Of a DNA stretch of 64,000 nucleotides, positions 43,179 through 53,217 are shown piece after piece. Source of the stretch: Histomonas meleagridis 2922-C6/04-290x. Taxonomy: Eukaryota; Protista; Parabasalia. The notes under the pieces were generated by a model, which ran no database searches, was not told the DNA's origin, and saw nothing but the letters and a program-made list of their open reading frames with translations. Location: contig JAANOX010000243.1 in NCBI GenBank assembly GCA_020184695.1, positions 682,001-746,000 of the forward strand, given 5' to 3'. The stretch's first letter is position 1. Each line of letters begins with the position of its first letter. The translations under genes and the position numbers were made by a program.

Positions 43179-44370
43179 TAGGGTGGTCAAAAAGTTCGTT
43201 CGCCAGCTCTTTTCTTTATACATACTTATGTGATCGAATGTAATAACATAAATATGGATTATATAAAGTGTATAGAATATTTTTTTATTTAAATGTTTTT
43301 TGTTTTATTCAATGTATATAAAATTATGCGCTTTAGAAAATTTTATTGTACGTTAAAAATGTACGTTAAGAATCAAATGCTAAACAGTATGGTAGAAATT
43401 CTTGCCATAATTCATTATTTATGGCTAAAAGGCAATGACAACAAAAGCATACATTAAGAAGTAATCGACACATATGGTCCTAAAGCGATAACTCTCAGAA
43501 CAGTTCAGTTGAGAACAAAAGAATTCAAAAAAGGAAGAAATACGTTAAACGATCTTCCAAGAAGTGGTAGACCCCAAAAACTAGATTTAATACTTATTAT
43601 TCAAAATTATTTGTTGCACAATCCATACGCAAGCACTCGCAAAATTGCTAAAGACATTGGGGCAAACAAAAATACTGTCAAAAAGGTTTTGATCAAGCAT
43701 TTATCAATGAAAAAGGTCAATTTCAAATGGGTGCCATATGCTCTTACCGAACAAATGAAAGCAAAAAGAGTTGAAATTGTAAGCATCTTACTGGAATTCC
43801 TTACAAATGCATCGGAAAGGAAGCTTGCAAAAATATTCACTCAAGATGAGACATGGATCTATTTTAAAAATGGAAGAGAGTCAATGTGGATTGAAGCCGG
43901 TGCACAAATACCAACAAAACCAAGGCAAACAATTGGGTCAAAGAAAGCGATGATATCAGTAATTTGGGGAATCAATGAAATAAAATCAATCACCATGCTT
44001 CCTCAAGGCAGTAAGTTCAACAAAAAGTTTTTTTCCAATTGTGTGCTCGAAGATTTGAACAAAAAAATTCAGACAAAAGGGACATACCTACACATGGACA
44101 ACGCAAAACCGCACAATGTACCAGAAAAATTAAGAGAATTAAAAATAAAAAGACTTGATCATCCCCCTTATTCACCGGATATAGCTTCTTCTGACTTCTT
44201 TCTATTCGGCTACCTTAAGAAATTATTAGAGGGAATGGAATTCAGCAACGAGAATGAGCTTTTTGACACAGTCCAAGAAATATTAACTTCAATACCAAAA
44301 TCAATATTTAAAAATGCATACAATGGATTGACTGAAAAAAATTAGACGAACGAACTTTTTGACCACCCTA
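43179..44370 (+). mobile_element. Tc1/mariner-family DNA transposon (defective), ~1192 bp
   Basis: Perfect 24-bp TIRs TAGGGTGGTCAAAAAGTTCGTTCG (43179-43202 and 44347-44370) flanked by TA duplications; encodes a mariner transposase. Confidence 0.95.
43389..44345 (+). pseudogene. Mariner transposase with an in-frame stop and a shortened C-terminus
   Basis: ATG at 43389, TAA at 43455-43457. Motifs WVPYAL, TQDETW, HMDNAKPH and HPPYSPDIASSDFFLF. It ends 'NGLTEKN*' abutting the right TIR. Confidence 0.9.
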
Positions 44371-45534
44371 TATTATATAATACTTCTATTTCTGATTCAA
44401 TATATTTTATGGATAAAAATGACTATTCATTTAATGCTACCATGATTTTATTAAATTTATTAAATTTAGGCATTTTGCCACACAAAAAATCATTGTAAAT
44501 TAGGCTATCTAAAAGAAATTTCTATAATATTATAGAACTTAGAAAAAAGAAACTAAATTCAAGAAAAAAAGTTTTTGTTTTTCTCTAAATTAATTGATAC
44601 CATATTCTTTGTAGAAAATTAGATTTGATGACGTTTTTGAGTTCCAACTCTTTCATCCCATTTGAAAATCAAAAAAGTGACGATTTTAAGTGGGGAGAAA
44701 AAATTCAATCACTTGTATATCAACAAGTGAACAAAATTTTTAAAAAATAATAAAATGCACATAGAGTTCATTCATTATAGTTTTTATTTATATATTATTT
44801 GTTTTTCTGATCAAGAGGATGTCGAGAAAAGTGGTCAGAACTATAGTTCATTAATTAATTCTATCCTTTAATGAATAATAATGTGAAATTTTATACTTTT
44901 ATAAATGTTTCTTCTTTAAAATCATTTGCAAAGGTGATCACCTTTGATATGGTTTGTACTAAATATAGATTCAAGCCATAAAAAAGAAATGAATTAGTTA
45001 ATATTAAACCAAATAGATAAGAAATTGTAAATGTATTTGATTTTGTATATGAATATGAGCTAGTGAATGAATTTGATTTAGTAAAATCATACGAATTAGC
45101 AAATGTATTCGAACTTGGGAATGAATTTGCCTAGTGTAAGTGAGTGATGGTGAAAGATTATGCGACTTGTTATATTATTAAATAAGGAAGAAATACATGA
45201 ATAACAAGTGCAGATATCAAAATCAATGAAATCAAATAAATTATTATGAAAAAATCCTGCATGATTATTTTCATGTTGATTCCAAGAATTTATTGTTGAA
45301 GTTTTTCTTATAAAGCGTTTTATAATATTAATGTATTTATGTATTTCCATTTTGCTTTGTGATTATATTTGGTAATATGTAAAATACATAGTGTGTATTG
45401 TGATTTCAATGATTTTCATATGTTTGTATGTTTATATCGACTTTTGTTTTAGTACTTCTCTTTCTAATGTTGATTTTGATTATTAGCAATAAATGATTCA
45501 TTTCCATTTCTTATTGAAAGTGAAGATTTGATGT

Positions 45535-47687
45535 TTATAGACGAAGACTCTGAGTTAAATTTTCCTTTGTACTTTTTTCATAAAGTAAATTTACAATTTC
45601 TTTATTACCGTTTTGTTGTGCGATTTGAATTTCTGTCAAGTAATATTAAAACATATTCCAAATTATTAAAACATATATAAAATTATTAAAACATATTCCA
45701 AATTATTCAAATGAATATTTTTTACATTAACATCAATTCCTTTATCTAAAAGTAATTTTACTATTTCTATATTATTATTTCTAACTGCTATATGAAGTGC
45801 TGTTTCAAATCATTAAATCAAATAAAAAATTATAAAAGCATATTCTAAATTATTAAAACATATATAAAATTATTCAAATGAATATTTTTTGCATTAACAT
45901 TAATTCCTTCTTTATCTAAAAGTAATTTTACTATTTCTATATTATTATTTTTAACTGCTGTGTGAAGTGCTGTTTCAAATTATTAAAGCATATAAAAAAT
46001 TATTAAAACATATTATAAATTATTAAAACATATTTTTTTTGCATTAACATCAATTCCTTCTTTATATAAAAGTAATTTTACTATTTCTATATTATTATTT
46101 CTAACTGCTATATGAAGTGCTGTTTCAAATTATTAAAACATATTTCAAATTATTAAAACATATTCCAAATTATTAAAACATATTCCAAATTATTAAAACA
46201 TATAAAAAATTATTAAAACATATTTTTTTTACATTAACATCAATTCCTTCTTTATCTAAAAGTAATTTTACTATTTCTATATTATTATTTCTAACTGCTA
46301 TATGAAGTGCTGTTTCAAATTATTAAAACATATTCCAAATTATTAAAACATATTTTTTTTACATTAACATCAATTCCTTCTTTATCTAAAACATATTTTA
46401 TAAGTTCAATATTTCCTGATTCTGAAGCAAATAGTAAAATATCTTTTGATTACTTTGAAGGAAATATTTAACGAGATATAAATTTCCATTTCTTGCTGAT
46501 TCGTTTATATTATCTGCATTAACATTAATTACTTTTTCTTCCAAAAATTCTAAAATTTCATAATTATCTTTTTTAATACAAAAACTTACCAAATCATTAG
46601 TTTTATCTTTAGACATTTGAAATGTTGACTTTGGTTGTATTTTTTCTAATTTGTTCTCATAAAGATATTTAAAGGTATCATTTTGATGAAATTCAATTGC
46701 TGCTTCTAAAGAACCTTCAAATGATGAATGATTTTGTTCGCATAAATGAATGATTTCTTCATTTTCACCTGCAACTGCATATTTTCCTGAGTTTTCTACT
46801 TTAGCACCATTTATAAGTAAATATTTAAAACATTTAACTGAAGAAAAAAATGCTGCATAATCAATTAATGAAACATTTTCTTGGTTAATAAATGAGCACC
46901 TTTCATAAAGTGATGGTTCAATTGTTTGATTAAAATTAAAGTTTGTTTGTGATGATATTTCTTGAAGTTTTTCTATTTCATCATTTCGAATTATTTTTGC
47001 AATTTCGTTTGGATTATGTCCTTCTTTGATATATTTCTTATGAAGTTCCCAATCATTCTTCGAAAGTTCTTCATAATGATCCAAATAGTATTTTTTTATT
47101 GGATCATTTCTATTAAACACAAATGCTAAATGATTTTGTTTTTGGTTTTCTTCTTTTGGTTTATAATGAGAAAAATATTTTGAATTAATATTTTTAGTGA
47201 TATTTTTATCAATTAAATTTTGTTCAATCATTTGCTCGATTAAATAATATGATTCTTGTGTATTAGCTGTAGATATATGTTTTATAAAAATTGAAATTAG
47301 GTTAACGATATTTTGATTAATTTCTTCTTCTTTCATTTGAAGTGTCTTTAAAAAATTTAAGTAAATATCAAATACTTTCTTTGGCGATGAAAAAGCATTA
47401 TAAACGATGTTTCTTATGATAAAATTAAATGTATTTGGGAAGTTTGAATCGAATAATTCCAATACTTTTTTAACTGATGCCTCGCAGTTTTCTTCAGTTA
47501 AACCGAATATAGTTTTCTCAAGCTCAATAAGGAATTTCAAGCAGGTTGATAAATAATTTGATTTTTGATCTCCTGTGTTTATGACAGCCGTATCATCATT
47601 AGGTAAGTGATTCATAATCAGTGGTGCCACAGGAGAAAAACGGCTGACTTCACTTTGTCCATTATTTGAAAACAAATGGTAAGGCAC
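45535..47687 (-). pseudogene. DUF3447-ankyrin gene, locus 3. It has a frameshift near 46440 and 5 spacer-separated ankyrin modules.
   Basis: DUF3447-like ORF (first ATG probably 47615). The alternative frame continues ESGNIELIKMFLDKEGIDVN. Modules TALHIAVRNNNIEIVKLLLDKEGIDVN; final stop at 45535-45537. Confidence 0.85.
45637..46353 (-). repeat. Ankyrin array whose spacers are 2-5 copies of the 20-nt unit ATATGTTTTAATAATTTGGA
   Basis: Spacers at 46314-46353 (40), 46124-46223 (100), 45974-46033 (60), 45804-45883 (80) and 45637-45716 (80). Confidence 0.92.
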
Positions 47688-48202
47688 CCCAAACGCAAAA
47701 AGTCAACAGCATGAACTTATCAAAAAGTTGTCGATGTAAATATCATAAAAAGTCGTCGAGTAAATAAATCAAAAAGTTACTGAAGACGTTTATTTCTTAT
47801 AAAATGAAACAAATTAACTTCAAATGTTATCCGTGCATAATAATGATTATTATACATATAATGAATGTCATATAAACAAAGCAACAAATAGTAACCAACA
47901 ATTGTGACTGAATTTGGGAGATCAAATATTTTATCATGATTTCATATTGGAAAAATATTATATAATATCATTACCATAAGGTTTTAATAGTTTTGGCGGT
48001 TAATTCGGTTCAACGTCGGCCGTTAAAATCGATAGGTTTCCTGGAAAAAAGTGTCGTTTCAAACTTTTTGAATTAGTTCATTGAACACACCTTAACCTTT
48101 AACCAACTTAACGATAGAATCCGTTAATGAACGTGCTTACAATCCCAGAAAAAATGTGATTGAAATTTCAATTGAAAATGACAAAATCCAAAATATTTCG
48201 AC

Positions 48203-48676
48203 ATGTCAGTAGTCTACATTAGACCACATGTAGGAAAAAGAATTAACGCTCATGCTGATGGCTCATGGAAATGGGACGGGAAATATCTTAGACTACATAT
48301 TGGAAAAAGGATTAATGCTCATGCTGATTTTTCATGGAAATGGGACGGGAAATATCTTAGACCACATATTGGAAAAAGAATCAACGCCCATGCTGATGGT
48401 TCATGGAAATGGGACGGGAAATATCTTAGACCACATGTTGGAAAAAGAATCAACGCTCATGCTGATGGTTCATGGAAATGGGACGGGAAATATCTTAGAC
48501 CACATATTGGAAAAAGGATTAATGCTCATGCTGATTTTTCATGGAAATGGGACGGAAAATATCTCCGGCCACATGATGAAAAAAGGATTAATGCTCATGC
48601 TGATGGTTCATTTAAAGTCACTGATGAAGTTCCGATACCTGTTCTAGTATTAATAGCAATACTTTCAAGTTTCTAA
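48203..48676 (+). CDS. Repeat protein: 6 x 23-aa YLRPHIGKRINAHADGSWKWDGK plus a hydrophobic C-terminal helix
   Basis: 69-nt tandem repeat with mostly synonymous variation, ATG start and TAA stop; 4 + 6x23 + 15 = 157 aa. Confidence 0.85.
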   Translation: MSVVYIRPHVGKRINAHADGSWKWDGKYLRLHIGKRINAHADFSWKWDGKYLRPHIGKRINAHADGSWKWDGKYLRPHVGKRINAHADGSWKWDGKYLRPHIGKRINAHADFSWKWDGKYLRPHDEKRINAHADGSFKVTDEVPIPVLVLIAILSSF

Positions 48677-48773
48677 AACAATTTTCATTCCAAATTCTTT
48701 TTTTTTGAAAAAACCAATTTATATAATTATTTCATAAATATTTTTATTTTTAATAAATTTTACATGGGACAAA

Positions 48774-51029
48774 TTATTTTTTTTCTTCTGTATTCTTTTC
48801 ATCTTTAACGAAATTCTTTTTAATACTTTTTTCCATATCACCGAAACTTTGGTATATTTTAGTTTTATTTTCTTTATCCAAATTCCTTTTCGAAATCATT
48901 TGGTTCAACATGTTAAAGTTTTCCTTTAAGTTTAACAATATTCGATCAGTTTGATCATCTTGATCACCCCATTTCCCGTTCAAATATCTTGTACAATATG
49001 CGCCTGAAAATCTTCTTTTCGCGGCCAAAGAATTTAATATACCGAACAAGATGCCTAAACTCATTCCTTTCGAAGTAAACATTTTATATCCTTTTTTAAC
49101 ATCATTTTCACTCACAGTTATACCACAAACCTTTAACACATCCACAGAAAAATATCCAAAATACTCAGGCAATACAATAAAATCTGCAACGCCTGGAAAC
49201 AAGTCGACGATTTCGGGAACTTTTTTCTCGATTCCCTCGACATAATTAAATGCAAATATTCCAGTCAATATTTTCCCATCTAAAGGATCTTCGATAACTT
49301 CTCCACCAGCGTTTGTTAATGTCGAATGCGTTGTCATTAAAGCTTTAACAGGTCTCATTTGGCTTAAAGCCTTTTTGAGTTGGTCAGCAGTCAATGACGT
49401 CTTCACTTCGATAACAGATAAAACATTATCTGCTAAAATCGGAGCAATTATAGAACCAGTAGTATCAATAGTCAAACTTGGACATGAGTCATTCACTACG
49501 ACTACGTCGAGTTGACCTGTTTTATTTGATAATGCGTCAATAACTTCTCCTGTTGTAACTTTAAATCCAGGAGATAAATGACTTTGTAAAAAGAGTCGAC
49601 ATAACGCTTCGCGATTAGCGCTATTGTTATTTCCGACATGTAATTCCCGATCACTCGCGTGTGCTAATGTTCCTAATATATCTGCTTGAGCACTAAAATG
49701 AGACATAAGTGGCGCAGTTTGATATTGTGAGAAATGATCTCGTAAATATCCATATAAACTATAATCCAAATCTTCAATTTCTGGCGATGTATGTAACACG
49801 CGTTTACCTGCATTAATGCCAACTAAGTCTTTTTCAATTGATACAATGATTATGTCGGCATCTGATTGATTAATTTTGGCAATGATTTCGGCATCATCGT
49901 TTTTGGTCGATTTGGTTAACGTCGAACGCATTGTAGGCGACGCTTGACGTGGAAATGATGTTACTATTGAACTAGCATTATGTGCTCCTAATCGTGTTGC
50001 TAATTTAGTAGCGGAGCCAATGTTTTCAACATGATCAACAGCTAATACTTTCTGACCAAAGAGATCAAGACCTACAGATGAATCTTCTAATTCATATGAG
50101 CTACGAACAAAATATATTTTACGATGTTCTGGATCGGAAAGTTTTTCATAGTAATATTTGCGCTCTTTTGTGAGGATCTCATGGAATTTTGAGACAACAA
50201 TGACGTTTTTTGAGAGAAGGAAATTTATGAGGCCAGGCCAAAGTGAATACTTTCGAATGTTATCAAAAGCTGCTGGAGATGTAATACAAAAAGAGTAATC
50301 GGCGGCAATGTTCGGCATTTCACATGATCGTGAATCATAGATAATCACATCAGAGATTTGTTCAGCAAGAATTATGGCACGACGTATGTCAGTAGATGCA
50401 TAAACAGTGGCACCGTTGTTGAGATAAAGTTTGATTTGCCAGGAATCTGAATCTGAAAAAATATCTGGAGGTATATCATCACCGGGCTCAAAGACATAAT
50501 GAAGTCCACTCTCAACTGAAAACTCGCGTGGAACAGTAAGATAATCTAATTCAGTGATGGGAAAAATTACTGCAACTTTTCGCTGTATCTGTGTATTTAA
50601 TATGTGGGTAAAATAACGACAAACTTGGGTCTTGCCAAGACCTGGCGCAAGAGTAGATACAGTAATAACGGGTTTGAACGATTTGATTTTTGTCCTTGGG
50701 AGAAATTCAACTTCACAATGACCACATGCAATTATACGATTAATGATAGATTGAGCTTCTCTCATTGAAATATCTTGAATATGTATTAGACATTTTTGTA
50801 CTCGATACTTTTGAATCGCTTTTTCAAGATCTTTTAGTGGAAATACATGAAATGGATTTTTAAAAGGTCCTTTAAATGAAACAATTGGTGGTGGATCTTT
50901 ATATTGTGAAACAAATCCACAGATTTCTTGATCTACATTTTGCGCATAAGTTCTCCAATAAGTATGAAATACAGGATAATCACATCCAATAATTAAAATC
51001 CTGGTTCTTGCAAGTGTTCTTTTCAGCAT
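48774..51029 (-). CDS. Fusion of a degenerate COG2403/cyclic-2,3-diphosphoglycerate-synthetase-like P-loop domain and a DUF6602-like PD-(D/E)XK domain
   Basis: N-terminal part 'RILIIG...KSFKPVITVSTLAPGLGKTQVCRYF'; C-terminal part 'NREALCRLFLQSHL...TGEVID...GQLDVVV...VIEVKTSL'. Family assignments are from memory. Confidence 0.65.
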   Translation of the reverse strand: MLKRTLARTRILIIGCDYPVFHTYWRTYAQNVDQEICGFVSQYKDPPPIVSFKGPFKNPFHVFPLKDLEKAIQKYRVQKCLIHIQDISMREAQSIINRIIACGHCEVEFLPRTKIKSFKPVITVSTLAPGLGKTQVCRYFTHILNTQIQRKVAVIFPITELDYLTVPREFSVESGLHYVFEPGDDIPPDIFSDSDSWQIKLYLNNGATVYASTDIRRAIILAEQISDVIIYDSRSCEMPNIAADYSFCITSPAAFDNIRKYSLWPGLINFLLSKNVIVVSKFHEILTKERKYYYEKLSDPEHRKIYFVRSSYELEDSSVGLDLFGQKVLAVDHVENIGSATKLATRLGAHNASSIVTSFPRQASPTMRSTLTKSTKNDDAEIIAKINQSDADIIIVSIEKDLVGINAGKRVLHTSPEIEDLDYSLYGYLRDHFSQYQTAPLMSHFSAQADILGTLAHASDRELHVGNNNSANREALCRLFLQSHLSPGFKVTTGEVIDALSNKTGQLDVVVVNDSCPSLTIDTTGSIIAPILADNVLSVIEVKTSLTADQLKKALSQMRPVKALMTTHSTLTNAGGEVIEDPLDGKILTGIFAFNYVEGIEKKVPEIVDLFPGVADFIVLPEYFGYFSVDVLKVCGITVSENDVKKGYKMFTSKGMSLGILFGILNSLAAKRRFSGAYCTRYLNGKWGDQDDQTDRILLNLKENFNMLNQMISKRNLDKENKTKIYQSFGDMEKSIKKNFVKDEKNTEEKK

Positions 51030-51515
51030 TTTTTTTTGCCAAAAAAACCGATCAGTTTTCTAAGAAATGTTATGTGAAAAGGCAAGAATTCACCAGAAAT
51101 CGTTTTAGGATAACAAAGTGGTGATAAAGCTCTTACCACTAATCACAAGTTTCTTTTGACAAAGCTTTGGAGTTTTTCCAATTTTTTAACTTTTGGATTT
51201 CACATTAATTATAATTAACCATTTTTAGAAAACAATAAGACATCTCAGAAACAAAAGGAAGAATTAACACCTAACTTAGGATCGAATTGTATTTTATAAA
51301 AGATGAATAAAGATATATTTTGAATTAAGAATATTGCAACGATAAATTATCCTTCAACACGAGTATCAGGACAATCAATTCGTGCGTGTTGTTTGTTTTT
51401 AGCATCTCGGCGAATGAACATCCGTTCGTCTTGACCAAAACAAAAATTTAAATTTTCACAAGCTCTGTTTGGTCTGAATTAACACAAAAGTGCAATCAAA
51501 TGTACGTTAATTTTC

Positions 51516-52343
51516 ATGAAAATTGCTCAAGTTCCATGTTGCGGAGATGCATATTATGAAACAAAATTTCATTATACACTTAACCAATTTGATTGGAATT
51601 TAGTAAATAAATTAAATATCGATTTTGTGAAATCAACACAAGATAAAGATTCAATTGAAAATTTAATATATAGTTTTGTGGATTCTAAATTTGGCGCTGT
51701 TGAAAGACAATTTCTTCCTTTTCCATTGTCAGCTAAATTTTATGAATTATTACAAATTGCTGTTGATTACTTATTACGAGAACAACTTAAACTTCGCAAT
51801 AAATTGAAACGTAAAGATCATGAAATTGAGTATCTTAGAAACAAACTTGAAAAATCAATTAAAACATTAGATTCTATTCCAAGAAATCCAGCAGCTGATG
51901 TATCTGTTGTTCATACTTGTCCAGTTTGCAACAAATCATATAAAGCAATGTATTATTTAGATAAACACATTAAAAATTATCATCCTAAAATGATCGATGC
52001 ATGGAATGCTCTCAGGAATAATCAACCATATGGTTTACCAGTCGCTCTTCAGGATATTAATGAAGAACTTCAAGAACTCCGATCATCCATTACAAAACAA
52101 GAACTCGAAAATGTTAAAAAGGAAAAACCAAAAATGACATCAAATCGTTTAAAGTTTCCAAAGACAAAAAACAAAGAGCATTGTTCAAATCCAAAAACAT
52201 GTTCTACAGGGAAAATCGTTGGATATCGTGAATTTCGTCCTAAAGCTAATCAATCAGATTTCGGATTTGTATTTTATGACACAGAAAACAACGAAACTGA
52301 TCAAGACATTAATCAGCATAGTGATGATTATGAAAAGTCATAA
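51516..52343 (+). CDS. DZIP1/Iguana-like protein (Dzip-like N-terminal domain + C2H2 finger)
   Basis: 'FDWNLVNKLNID...LLQIAVDYLL', then a coiled coil, then 'CPVCNKSYKAMYYLDKHIKNYH'. Confidence 0.7.
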   Translation: MKIAQVPCCGDAYYETKFHYTLNQFDWNLVNKLNIDFVKSTQDKDSIENLIYSFVDSKFGAVERQFLPFPLSAKFYELLQIAVDYLLREQLKLRNKLKRKDHEIEYLRNKLEKSIKTLDSIPRNPAADVSVVHTCPVCNKSYKAMYYLDKHIKNYHPKMIDAWNALRNNQPYGLPVALQDINEELQELRSSITKQELENVKKEKPKMTSNRLKFPKTKNKEHCSNPKTCSTGKIVGYREFRPKANQSDFGFVFYDTENNETDQDINQHSDDYEKS

Positions 52344-52708
52344 CATTGTTCATCATAATTTGTTAGTAAAAAAAATTTATTTCCACTACAAAACGCATTT
52401 GTATTAAAATAAGTGAATTATTGTAATTACTAAAAAGGAAAAAACAACTGATTTTACATCAGATTCTATATTTTTATATCATATTAAAGGAAATCTATTT
52501 GAAAAAGACTGCTTAAAATCAACAAATAATGATGAAAAAAATATTGAAAAATAAGATAAATGAAACACTTAATAAATTTGAATGCAAAGAAGATAAATTA
52601 CCACATCCATTTGAACAGATTCTATATCACTTCTCCCATCGAATTTTTTCAACTATATAAAAGAATAAATTCATTACAAGAAGATGATTATAATTAAATT
52701 TTTGTAAG

Positions 52709-52709
<1 letters not shown>

Positions 52710-52737
<28 letters not shown>
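52710..52737. repeat. (TA)14 microsatellite
   Basis: Direct reading of the sequence. Confidence 0.9.
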
Positions 52738-52741
<4 letters not shown>

Positions 52742-52898
52742 GCGTTTTGATATTGAAGCAGGTAAGAAGTCTGGTTGTGGTATCCAATAAATAAATAATT
52801 TATACTTTATTTAATTTTTGGAAATGCAAAACAACATTTGATGAAACAATTTTAGTATTAAATTTATTATGAACATTCCTGTTTCAAAAAGAAATGAA

Positions 52899-52980
52899 GA
52901 CACGATGGCCGAGTGGTTAAGGCGTGGGATTAGAGTCCCCATGGGCTTGTCCCGCATCAGTTCGAATCTGGTTCGTGTCG
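52899..52980 (+). tRNA. tRNA-Ser (anticodon AGA), long variable arm
   Basis: Acceptor GACACGA/TCGTGTC, G73 discriminator, D arm GCCGAGTGGTTAAGGC, variable arm GGG-CTTGT-CCC, T loop TTCGAAT, then a T-run terminator. Confidence 0.88.
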
Positions 52981-53217
52981 TTTTTTTTTATTTTTTTGAT
53001 TGATCAAATGCAGCTTAACAAAAAAAAGTGTTCTAGCAATTTTTCTTGAACGAGAAAATCTCAAGTTGCGATTAAGTTAATGGAGAAAAAAATTCCGAAA
53101 GTTAATATATGGCAAATTTATAAATTAACAATTTTTGAAAATTATTTTTTTGGTAATTAATCCGAATATCTTATTTGAATTTTAAAACTTTAGATCACTA
53201 TTTCGATTTAATAAACA

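Noticed and set aside
43455-43457. TAA reassigned to an amino acid (in-frame TAA here and at 26565)
   Set aside because: Many conserved genes in the window (RPL26, TSR1, RFC1, UBL5) terminate at TAA, and both cases lie in defective elements.
45637-46353. CRISPR array
   Set aside because: The repeat units translate as ankyrin modules, the spacers are similar to each other rather than unique, the context is eukaryotic and no cas genes are present.
47695-47790. Four degenerate AAAAAGT-containing repeats upstream of locus 3
   Set aside because: Short, AT-rich and irregular; not distinguishable from chance or generic promoter sequence.
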